A stretch of DNA of 24,000 bases from Candidatus Micrarchaeota archaeon (GTDB lineage: Archaea > B1Sed10-29 > B47-G15): positions 93,848 to 117,847 of the forward strand of contig QMVG01000002.1 in the NCBI GenBank assembly GCA_003660975.1. The letters are read 5' to 3'. The notes under the pieces are model-generated. The model worked only from the letters and a program-made list of their open reading frames with translations, had not been told where the DNA came from and ran no database searches. Shown here in pieces: positions 15,984 through 23,600 of this stretch. Position 1 is the stretch's first letter; every line of letters begins with the position of its first letter. Both the position numbers and the translations under genes were made by a program.

Positions 15984-17414
15984 GTGAACAAAAGGTTGTT
16001 GTTGCTTTTCATTTTCTTTTTTGTATTTTTCTCACTCCCACAACTGCTAAGATTCGCGCTTTACTCTCCGTCTATCATAGGCACAACCCCTTATTTTCAC
16101 ATTAGAATGGCCGAATTGCTTCTCTCAGGTCAAGCTTATGATTCTTTGTCATTTGGAGGCAGATATTACACATACCCACCTGCCTATCACTGGCTTTTGG
16201 CAATTAGTCCTTTGAAATATCTTTTGAACCCCTTCATAGGTGCTTTGGGCGTAGTGCTTCTTTATTTCATCGCAAGAGAATTGGGCTTTTCAGAGGAATC
16301 TGCTTTATTCTCATCAGCGCTTCTGGGTTTTATCCCTGGCTATTTGTATCTTTCTGGACACATCAACCCGAGAATGCCCGCGCTCTTTTTCTTAATGCTT
16401 ACATTCCTCTTTCTCCTAAAGTCAAGAAAAGATAAAAGAATGTTTTATTTGTCTTTTCTCTCAATGCCAATCGTTTTTCTCATACATCCCCTCGTGGGAG
16501 CAGTTGCCGTCTTTTTGGTTCTTTTTCTTTTCAGGAGCATGTTTAAAAGGGTTGCCCTGCTTTCTCTCTTTTCTTTATCTGTATTTCTTCTGTGGTTCCT
16601 GCCATTAGCTCTTAACTTAGGTCTTCCGCAATATAGCTCATTCTATTCTGTTTATGTGGAGCTGAAAACAGGCATTCAATACTTCATATTTGAATACGGT
16701 TTGGTGAGCGATTCCATCACAGCTTTTATGCTGCTTCTGTCTTTATACGCAATATTTAAGGTGAAAGGCAAGAGCTTTGTGAAGGAATGGGCAATATTGG
16801 CTTTCTTCCTTCCACTACTGATAGGAAATAGGATAAATGAGCAACTGCTGTTTCCAGTAGCTCTTTTGGCTGCTGAGGTTTTTATTAATCATTGGAATAG
16901 GTTCTGGAAAGACATCAAGTTAGATTTCGTGCCTGTTAAGGTCTGGACAGCTTTGTTTATGCTTTACGTTTCTGTAGCTGCAATACTTGCCGCAGGAGCT
17001 CTTATGTTTTTCCCACCGTCAGCAGAAGAATACCACGCAATGCAGTGGCTGTCATTACATAGTCCAGAAAATGCCGTGGTATTCGCTGATTGGTTCTACG
17101 GTCATTGGATAAGTGCTATTGCAAAAAGGAAGAATGTTATGGACGCTTATGCCGAATACGCGCCGAACCTGGAACAGAGGTTCAGGGACAGCAACAAAAT
17201 ACTTTACGGCTCTGATATAAATGTTACTATATCTTTGCTTAGGAAATATAATGTGTCTTATGTTTACTATGAAAGGCCAAGAGATGCGGAGTTATGCTCT
17301 GGTTTTCCATATATAACACGCTATCCATACTTTAAAAAGCTCTACCAGGATAAGAGAATTTACATATACAAGGTAGATTATCTTGGCAACTCAACACCAG
17401 TGCCTATCTGCTGA
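15984..17414 (+). CDS. GT-C fold membrane glycosyltransferase, short STT3/AglB-like oligosaccharyltransferase candidate (paralogue 2)
   Basis: GTG start with a GGAGGG SD. The loop TTPYFHIRMAE...GGRYYTYPPAYHWLL is STT3-like. VVFADWFYGHWISAIAKRKNVMD aligns to the AglB WWDYG(Y/H)WI block, and LLRKYNVSYVYYE aligns to the following AglB/STT3 block. At 476 aa it is shorter than any AglB I know of. Confidence 0.6.
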   Translation: MNKRLLLLFIFFFVFFSLPQLLRFALYSPSIIGTTPYFHIRMAELLLSGQAYDSLSFGGRYYTYPPAYHWLLAISPLKYLLNPFIGALGVVLLYFIARELGFSEESALFSSALLGFIPGYLYLSGHINPRMPALFFLMLTFLFLLKSRKDKRMFYLSFLSMPIVFLIHPLVGAVAVFLVLFLFRSMFKRVALLSLFSLSVFLLWFLPLALNLGLPQYSSFYSVYVELKTGIQYFIFEYGLVSDSITAFMLLLSLYAIFKVKGKSFVKEWAILAFFLPLLIGNRINEQLLFPVALLAAEVFINHWNRFWKDIKLDFVPVKVWTALFMLYVSVAAILAAGALMFFPPSAEEYHAMQWLSLHSPENAVVFADWFYGHWISAIAKRKNVMDAYAEYAPNLEQRFRDSNKILYGSDINVTISLLRKYNVSYVYYERPRDAELCSGFPYITRYPYFKKLYQDKRIYIYKVDYLGNSTPVPIC

Positions 17415-18541
17415 CAGTTGTTAAATAAACAGTCGATAACAACAGTGGCATAGCTTCCTTTTGGCAGGGAAAAATCCAGCAAGTATCTCCCCTCAGCTTC
17501 TTTTACTATTTTCATATCTCCTATTTCTATCCACAGTTTTCTTCTGGTTCCCTTGCTTCTCAAATCATGAAGGTTGTTTACCCTAAAGTCTTCTAATGTC
17601 AAACCATGTCTTTCTAATATCTCCTGTTCCAATTCATTTTCCAATTCCAGCGCATATCCGTATATGGGGCCAGTCTCATAGTCCAGGCCTCTTTTTATGC
17701 ACTCTGCTAGAAATTCGTTAAAGAGCTTGGCTTGGTAAGCGTGAACAAACATCTTTAATAACGAGCGGGGTAGCATTCTCAGTGCCCTTAGGTAATTTCT
17801 TGGCTGTCTTGACAGGGAGACGAGCATTTTTCTTTCAAAGCGCAGGCGCTTTGGAAAATATTTTAAAGCTTCCTTGAAGTTCATCTCCTCAGCCAGTTTT
17901 TTTCTTGCCTTTATTGAATTTTCATCTTCTCTTTCATCAACAGCTGTTAAGTATGTCATAACTGCTTTTTCAAAATCTTTTTTTACTATGCTTTCTCCAA
18001 CATCGGCAGTTATCGGCCTTATAACTCCAAAGCGCTGTTCTCCGAAAAAATTGGGAAATTTATCCATGCGCCTAGGCTCTCTATCAGAGTAAACCCTTAT
18101 TATGAAATGGTTTCCTACAAGGTCTCCTATGAAAACCCCTCTGTCCCTGTAAGCCAATGGAACAAGCTCTATATTTTCCACATTGAATTTTTTTAGCTCT
18201 TCCTTTCTAACGCCCTTTATGCTTATGAGTTGCGAGCTTATTGACCTCTTGTCCTTTGTTCCAGCAAAAGAGACGCTTCTATTAGGAATGTTTAGCTGTT
18301 TAGCAATTTTTTCAACAGCCAACAACGTGTCCCAGTTTCTCTTTTTCATTACGCATAGAAGGTATTCCCCTCTTCCCCCTTGAAACCTATATTTCTTGTT
18401 TACAGACAGAACACCGTAATCTTTTGTTATCTCTTCAACAATAAAATCCTCTGCTTTTTCCTTAATTTTGTATGCGCTAGTTCCTGTATCTGAGGATTGC
18501 ACCGATACCACCAAAGCCCTTAAGGAACTGTTGCCCCCCAT
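17378..18541 (-). CDS. truD: tRNA pseudouridine(13) synthase TruD/Pus7 family
   Basis: AEDFIVEEI near the N-terminus, the catalytic FAGTKDKRSISSQ block (GxKD), NFFGEQRFG and KGSYATV. The start is uncertain: the ATG at 18541 gives a 65-nt overlap with aRF1, and GTG codons at 18511 and 18502 are alternatives. Confidence 0.85.
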   Translation of the reverse strand: MGGNSSLRALVVSVQSSDTGTSAYKIKEKAEDFIVEEITKDYGVLSVNKKYRFQGGRGEYLLCVMKKRNWDTLLAVEKIAKQLNIPNRSVSFAGTKDKRSISSQLISIKGVRKEELKKFNVENIELVPLAYRDRGVFIGDLVGNHFIIRVYSDREPRRMDKFPNFFGEQRFGVIRPITADVGESIVKKDFEKAVMTYLTAVDEREDENSIKARKKLAEEMNFKEALKYFPKRLRFERKMLVSLSRQPRNYLRALRMLPRSLLKMFVHAYQAKLFNEFLAECIKRGLDYETGPIYGYALELENELEQEILERHGLTLEDFRVNNLHDLRSKGTRRKLWIEIGDMKIVKEAEGRYLLDFSLPKGSYATVVIDCLFNNCQQIGTGVELPR

Positions 18542-19568
18542 TCGTGCTTGTGCTTATTATTTCCACTTTTGTTCCCATTTCTTCGGCAATGCTCTCAAGT
18601 TCGTCTATCTTTTCATCATCCAAGCCCTCGGATAGCATTAAAAGTTCCACCTGTCCTCTTTCAAGAGCTTCTCTTACCTCTTTTTCGCCATATGCAGCCA
18701 GGTTTCCAACACTTGCTTCTTTTATGAACCTATCAACAAGCTTCTTTTCTTTGGCTGTTTCCATCTCCTCAATAATCTCTCCGCTTTTGTCTAAAATTTC
18801 CTTTATTCCAAACTCGTCAGTATAACCTGTGTCCACCACACCAACAATTTTTTTCTTGACCTCTGGCCTTAGATATGGCCCGTCAATAAATCCGTACTTT
18901 GTAGGTCCGCTTCCTCCTGCTATGATTGCCTTTACTTTTGGGTCAGAAAAAGCTTCGTTTATGACTTCAGCAACCTTTTTGTAGAAATCCACAGCTGCTT
19001 CCTCTATAAGTCTCGTAAATCTCATAGCACTTTGGCCTCCCTTGTGGTGTTTTCCAGGAACGTTGGATGTCATATGTCTTATAATGTTCAAGTGCTTGCC
19101 TTCAATCAGGGCGATTGTTGCCTCTCTCCTGTCCATTGCAAAAGCACCATAAATCTCCTTTGCTCCAAGCATGTCTTCAAGTGGCTTAGTGTAGAAACTT
19201 GAATCGCACCTGTAAATCTGAACGTTTATGGGCTTTGGAGGGATGAGAGTGATTAATTTTATATCTGGCTGGTCGTTTCGGCTGCTAACATTACCACAGA
19301 AAATAGCAACCCCCTTATCGCCTGTTTTGTGAACCCCTTTTAACACTTGAAGTATCCTGTCAATAGCTGCCTGGACATTTTTTCGTGTACTCTTGCTTTT
19401 TATGTTTGCTGCCTGGCCGTATTCACTTCTTAACCTTGCGCTTATTTCATTAACATTTGCGTTTGGTGGAATGTAAACACTAATCAATTCAGTTCCCTGT
19501 CCCCTTATGCTTTTGAGATACTTTAACTCCTTTTTTAGCTGGTGCATTTCCTTTGAACTTTCAGGCAT
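18477..19568 (-). CDS. prf1: Peptide chain release factor aRF1
   Basis: NIKS motif (QAANIKSKSTRKNV), GGQ motif (GKHHKGGQSAMRF) and the typical C-terminus FGGIGAILRY. At 363 aa it is a short form lacking the domain-3 insertion. Confidence 0.92.
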   Translation of the reverse strand: MPESSKEMHQLKKELKYLKSIRGQGTELISVYIPPNANVNEISARLRSEYGQAANIKSKSTRKNVQAAIDRILQVLKGVHKTGDKGVAIFCGNVSSRNDQPDIKLITLIPPKPINVQIYRCDSSFYTKPLEDMLGAKEIYGAFAMDRREATIALIEGKHLNIIRHMTSNVPGKHHKGGQSAMRFTRLIEEAAVDFYKKVAEVINEAFSDPKVKAIIAGGSGPTKYGFIDGPYLRPEVKKKIVGVVDTGYTDEFGIKEILDKSGEIIEEMETAKEKKLVDRFIKEASVGNLAAYGEKEVREALERGQVELLMLSEGLDDEKIDELESIAEEMGTKVEIISTSTNGGQQFLKGFGGIGAILRYRN

Positions 19569-22139
19569 TCAATCACCCTTTCTTAGTGTTTTCCACAGCT
19601 CGACAACAGAGAAGACAACAACTGTCAGCAGTATTACTCTTATCCAATCAACAGCATGCAACGGCGTTGTTTTGAAGATAACATCAAGCACAGGCGTTTG
19701 AACTATTAGCACCTGAATTAAAAGTGATGACACCACTGCAAAGCCCATCCACTTGTTAGACAGCAAGTGCAATCTGCTTAGCCTTCTTTTAGACTTGAAG
19801 TTTACTGCTATCATTGTTTCTAAAAATACAATCGTGGTGAACGCAACAGTTCCTGCCTTTCCTGTCCCGGCATTTAACTCCCAGTAAAACGCCAGCACAG
19901 TTATTATTCCCACAAGCAAGCCGATGAATGCAATAGTTATCATTTCTTCCCTATTTAAAGGATTATCCTCCTTTGGGTTTGGTTTTCTTTTCATAACATC
20001 CTTTTCAGCTTTTTCAACACTTAATGCGAGGGCCGGCAAGCCATCAGTTATCAAATTCATCCACAGTATTTGAACAGGCAGCAAGATTAACGGCAGTCCT
20101 GCCATCATGCTGCTCGCAACAGCCAAAACCTCTCCAGAATTACAAGAGAGTAAATACGTTATTGACTTTTTTATGTTGTCATATATCACTCTTCCTTCTT
20201 TTACAGCTTCAACTATGGTGGTGAAGTCATCATCCTCTATTACCATATCCGCTGCCTCTTTCGCAACATCTGTTCCCTTCATTCCCATCGCTATGCCTAT
20301 ATCTGCCTTTTTTAGAGCAGGAGCATCGTTAACACCATCTCCTGTCATGCCTACAATCTCTCCATTTTGTTGTAAAGCTCTCACTATTCTAAGCTTGTGT
20401 TGTGGAGAAACTCTGGCAAAAACAGCGATGCTCCTCACATCTCTTTTTAGCTCCTCATCAGACATCTTTTCCAATTCCCTTCCATTGACAACTCTTCTCT
20501 TTCTGAGCAAGCCAACATCCTCAGCGATTGCCTTGGCCGTTATCTCGTGGTCTCCTGTTATCATAATTACACTTATCCCTGCTTTCTCGCAGTTCTCTAT
20601 TGCTTCCTTTACTCCTTCTCTTGGTGGGTCTCTCATGGCAATCAAACCAACAAAAACAAAATCTTTCTCGTCTTTTTCACTAAAATCTCTGTTTACCTTT
20701 TCTTTCACAGCCATCGCAAGAACACGCAGTGCCTTACTGTTTAGGTCCTTAAACACCCTCATTATCTCCTCTTGCTTCCGCTTTGTTAAGCGCTTTAGCC
20801 TCCTGCCTTCTCTGTAGTAGCTACAATTTTCAATCACGATTTCTGGAGCCCCTTTCATATATGCCTTTAGAATTCCCTTCCTTTCGTATACAACAGTCAT
20901 TTTTTTCCTTTCGCTGGAAAAGCTAACCTCCTTAACCTTTTTGTAATCAACGAGCTTTATGCCTGCTTTTATTGACGCTTCAAGCAATGCATTTTCCGTC
21001 GGGTCTCCAAGCACAACGCCTTCAACAATTTTTGAATTGTTGCAGAGCGCACCTATCTTAAGGGCTTTCAGCTGGTTATATGATAGTTTGTCTTTTATTG
21101 AAACCAATTTGTTGTCAGCATATATCTTTTCCACAGTCATCTTGTTCTCTGTTATCGTGCCAGTTTTGTCAACACATAGATACGTGGCACTACCTAAGGT
21201 TTCCACGATTGGCAGCCTTTTCACAAGACTTTTCTTTCTGGCCATTCTCTGAATGCCAAAAGCAAGAGCTAACGTAACAATAGCAGGAAGGCCTTCTGGG
21301 ATAACTGCCACTGCCAAGCTTATAGATGTGAGTATCATTTCAATAATCTCAATGCCTTTCAAGACTCCCATAATAAATATTAATATGATTATGAAGAGAA
21401 TGAGAATGCCAAGGTTTTTGCTGAATACTGCCAACCTTTTCTGCAAAGGAGTTTCCTCTTTTTCTGTGCTCTCAACTAGATGCGCTATTTTTCCTATTTC
21501 GGTATCCATGCCTGTTTTGCAAACAACTGCCTTTGCGTTGCCCTTTACTACCAAACTGCCTTTGAAGAGCATGTTGAGCCTTTCACTGACTAAGCTGGCC
21601 TCTTTGACAATCTTAGCTGTTTTCCTCACAGCTTTTGACTCACCTGTGAGCATTGACTCATCGACATATAAATCGTTTTCATAGATTATTCTGGCATCTG
21701 CTGGTACAGCAGAACCTTCTGATAAAATAATTATATCTCCAGGCACCAATTCTCTTGAAGGGATTTGCATTTCTTTCCCATTTCTTATTACAATGCTCTT
21801 AGGGTGGCTTAATTTTCTTAAGGCCTCTATGGCTTTGTCTGCCTTGTATTCCTGCACAAAGCCAAAGACAGCGTTTAAAATTACTATTGCCAAGATGATA
21901 AGAGCGTCTATTGTATTTCCTATGAAAAATGAAAAAGCTGTTGCAAATATAAGCACAATCACAAGAGGGCTCTCAAATTGAGACATAAATATTTTTAACA
22001 GTTTGTGCTTCTCTTCCCTGCGTATCTCATTGTAGCCGAATTTTTTCAACCTACGTTTTGCCTCTGTCTCGCTTAAACCATTAACACTTGTTTTTAGTAT
22101 CTCAATTGCTCTCTTGCTGGGGAGGGAATAGTAATCCAT
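19569..22139 (-). CDS. P-type ATPase, P2 (Ca2+/cation-transporting, SERCA/PMCA-like)
   Basis: N-terminal cation-ATPase domain (GLSETEAKRRLKKFGYNE), TGES, phosphorylation site CVDKTGTITENKM, MITGDH, TGDGVNDAPALKKADIGIAMG and 10 TM segments. Confidence 0.9.
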   Translation of the reverse strand: MDYYSLPSKRAIEILKTSVNGLSETEAKRRLKKFGYNEIRREEKHKLLKIFMSQFESPLVIVLIFATAFSFFIGNTIDALIILAIVILNAVFGFVQEYKADKAIEALRKLSHPKSIVIRNGKEMQIPSRELVPGDIIILSEGSAVPADARIIYENDLYVDESMLTGESKAVRKTAKIVKEASLVSERLNMLFKGSLVVKGNAKAVVCKTGMDTEIGKIAHLVESTEKEETPLQKRLAVFSKNLGILILFIIILIFIMGVLKGIEIIEMILTSISLAVAVIPEGLPAIVTLALAFGIQRMARKKSLVKRLPIVETLGSATYLCVDKTGTITENKMTVEKIYADNKLVSIKDKLSYNQLKALKIGALCNNSKIVEGVVLGDPTENALLEASIKAGIKLVDYKKVKEVSFSSERKKMTVVYERKGILKAYMKGAPEIVIENCSYYREGRRLKRLTKRKQEEIMRVFKDLNSKALRVLAMAVKEKVNRDFSEKDEKDFVFVGLIAMRDPPREGVKEAIENCEKAGISVIMITGDHEITAKAIAEDVGLLRKRRVVNGRELEKMSDEELKRDVRSIAVFARVSPQHKLRIVRALQQNGEIVGMTGDGVNDAPALKKADIGIAMGMKGTDVAKEAADMVIEDDDFTTIVEAVKEGRVIYDNIKKSITYLLSCNSGEVLAVASSMMAGLPLILLPVQILWMNLITDGLPALALSVEKAEKDVMKRKPNPKEDNPLNREEMITIAFIGLLVGIITVLAFYWELNAGTGKAGTVAFTTIVFLETMIAVNFKSKRRLSRLHLLSNKWMGFAVVSSLLIQVLIVQTPVLDVIFKTTPLHAVDWIRVILLTVVVFSVVELWKTLRKGD

Positions 22140-22160
22140 GTTTTTTTAAAAGCAGCTCTT

Positions 22161-22168
22161 GTTTAAAT
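22161..22168 (-). promoter_or_regulatory. Possible TATA element for the ATPase gene, overlapping the dph2 stop codon
   Basis: The minus strand reads ATTTAAAC, 22-29 nt upstream of the ATPase ATG, within a 28-nt intergenic gap. Read-through from dph2 is an equally plausible alternative. Confidence 0.3.
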
Positions 22169-23064
22169 CAATAACTATCTATTATTTTCATTAATTCTAA
22201 TGCCTCATCAGGCAAAAGCAGGGCTTTTTTGTAATTTTTCCAATCGTCCAAGACAATGCGCGGACATGCAGTTATTACAAAGGCATCAAAAGGCAGGTAA
22301 TCCAAAAGCTCTGGCTTTATGTTCTCTGCGCTGATTAGGTATGAATTGGGAATTTTCTTTTTTAGTTCCATGGCCTGCCTGAGATGTTTCTGTCCTGGCT
22401 TTTCCCCTATTACAATAGCAAAAGTACTTGCTTTTACTGCTTTTGATATTCTGATATATCTCTCTTTTTCCCAGTTTTCCTCTACTTTTTCTACTTCGCC
22501 AGTGTATGGGTCTGCCCTTATGACCTTTTTCTTTGTCGCGAATGACAGCATTTGCGGATGGAAAAGCCCACTGCCTATGAAAAGAAAGCCGTCAACTTTG
22601 TCTTTTATTGCCAAGGCATTTGACACATCACAGCCAAGTATCTGCGCATTCCTGTGAACATGAACTGAAAAGGATTTTTTCTTCAAGTAATTCATTACCT
22701 CTGCTACCTTGTGCAAGTGCTGTGCTGTTGTCACTATGCCAACACTCTTCGGAAGAAGTTGCTCGGCTTTCTTTACAACAGGCATGACATCCTTTTTTGA
22801 ATAACACGGAACATATACCACATTCTTGCTGGGAATCATCTGGGTATGGCCATAATGTATCGTCAAGTCATAATTCACTTTAATGTCACAGGCACCATAG
22901 CAGGGGTCTGCGCTTAGGATGATTTCTGCTCCGGTTTCAGAAAGTTTGTCCATTATCTCCTTAGCATATTGCTTGAGGCCTTCTGGCAGCTGCACAAGCA
23001 CCTTCTTTGCCTTTCTCCGCACTATCTCCTTTTTTACCCTTTCAAATTCAAAATCATAATCCAT
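22168..23064 (-). CDS. dph2: Diphthamide synthesis enzyme Dph2 (2-(3-amino-3-carboxypropyl)histidine synthase, radical SAM-like)
   Basis: N-terminus DFEFERVKKEIVRRKAKKVLVQLPEGLK. The three spaced Cys residues (SADPCYGACD, ILGCD, ITACPR) correspond to the [4Fe-4S] ligands of archaeal Dph2. Confidence 0.85.
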   Translation of the reverse strand: MDYDFEFERVKKEIVRRKAKKVLVQLPEGLKQYAKEIMDKLSETGAEIILSADPCYGACDIKVNYDLTIHYGHTQMIPSKNVVYVPCYSKKDVMPVVKKAEQLLPKSVGIVTTAQHLHKVAEVMNYLKKKSFSVHVHRNAQILGCDVSNALAIKDKVDGFLFIGSGLFHPQMLSFATKKKVIRADPYTGEVEKVEENWEKERYIRISKAVKASTFAIVIGEKPGQKHLRQAMELKKKIPNSYLISAENIKPELLDYLPFDAFVITACPRIVLDDWKNYKKALLLPDEALELMKIIDSY

Positions 23065-23065
23065 A

Positions 23066-23494
23066 TCAGAACCCTAACTTGCGTCTCTTCTTTTCTTCTT
23101 CATATTCCTCATTTAACTTCTTTTCTATAGCTTTTTTAAGCGGAAAGTTAAAACGATTGATGTCCACCCCATAGCGGGACATTAGCTGTATGCCAAGCTC
23201 CACAGCTTTGGCCATATCCTTCTTTGACAGTTCATTTATTTCCCCCGTGGCTACTAGGACAGGATCTGCTTTTTTTGCCTTTTCCGCCTCTGCCCTCAAG
23301 CGAGATTTCATATCTGGGTCCCAAGTCTTATTATATTTATTTATGGTCTTTTCACGCTTTTTTCTTTCCATTTCTATTAACTCATCAACATCTCTAACCT
23401 CTTTTGCTACTGTTTTTTTCGTTTTCCCCGGTATTTGGAAGATAAAAGGCGCTGCAACTTTTCCAAGACGTGCTTTCTTTCTTCTAAAGCCCAT
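23066..23494 (-). CDS. Hypothetical Lys/Glu-rich protein (142 aa)
   Basis: ATG preceded by a GAGGTG SD 5 nt upstream. The stop lies 1 nt from the dph2 ATG. Very basic termini (MGFRRKKARLGK..., ...EEEKKRRKLGF). No family recognised. Confidence 0.5.
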   Translation of the reverse strand: MGFRRKKARLGKVAAPFIFQIPGKTKKTVAKEVRDVDELIEMERKKREKTINKYNKTWDPDMKSRLRAEAEKAKKADPVLVATGEINELSKKDMAKAVELGIQLMSRYGVDINRFNFPLKKAIEKKLNEEYEEEKKRRKLGF

Positions 23495-23507
23495 TTTGAC
23501 ACCTCTC

Positions 23508-23571
23508 GCGCGTCAGAGGCGTTATCATATCATCGCCGAGGCTCATTGGTTGTACACCACTTCATTCGCGC
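23508..23571 (-). ncRNA. Candidate C/D box sRNA (64 nt)
   Basis: Minus-strand read: GCGCG-A-ATGAAGT(C, 5/7)-GGTGTACAACCA(12 nt)-ATGA(D')-GCCTCG-GCGATGA(C', 6/7)-TATGATAACGCCT(13 nt)-CTGA(D)-CGCGC. It has a 5-bp terminal stem, canonical spacer lengths and a GC-rich island in AT-rich DNA. Box C keeps the G3/A4/G6 needed for a k-turn. A competing hairpin CCTCT-N8-AGAGG (23502-23519) lowers confidence. Confidence 0.4.
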
Positions 23572-23591
23572 AATAAAATACTGTTTTTTAC

Positions 23592-23600
23592 TTTTTAAAA
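23592..23600 (-). promoter_or_regulatory. Putative TATA box for the C/D sRNA / downstream operon
   Basis: The minus strand reads TTTTAAAAA, 21-29 nt upstream of the proposed sRNA 5' end. Confidence 0.35.

Noticed and set aside
20107-21684. Long plus-strand ORFs (236 aa at 20107..20817 and 143 aa at 21253..21684) inside the P-type ATPase gene
   Set aside because: They are antisense to a gene with every canonical P-type ATPase motif. Their products are Ser/Leu/Phe-rich, as expected from reverse-reading a Lys/Glu/Ala-rich gene, and they have no SD or TATA context.
23547-23558. The D' guide of the sRNA candidate (complement UGGUUGUACACC) might target the universally conserved 16S region ...CUUGUACACACCGCCCGU
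   Set aside because: Only about 8-9 contiguous nucleotides (UUGUACAC) match the conserved sequence as I remember it, short of the 10-12 bp expected. The target cannot be assigned without the organism's own rRNA sequence.
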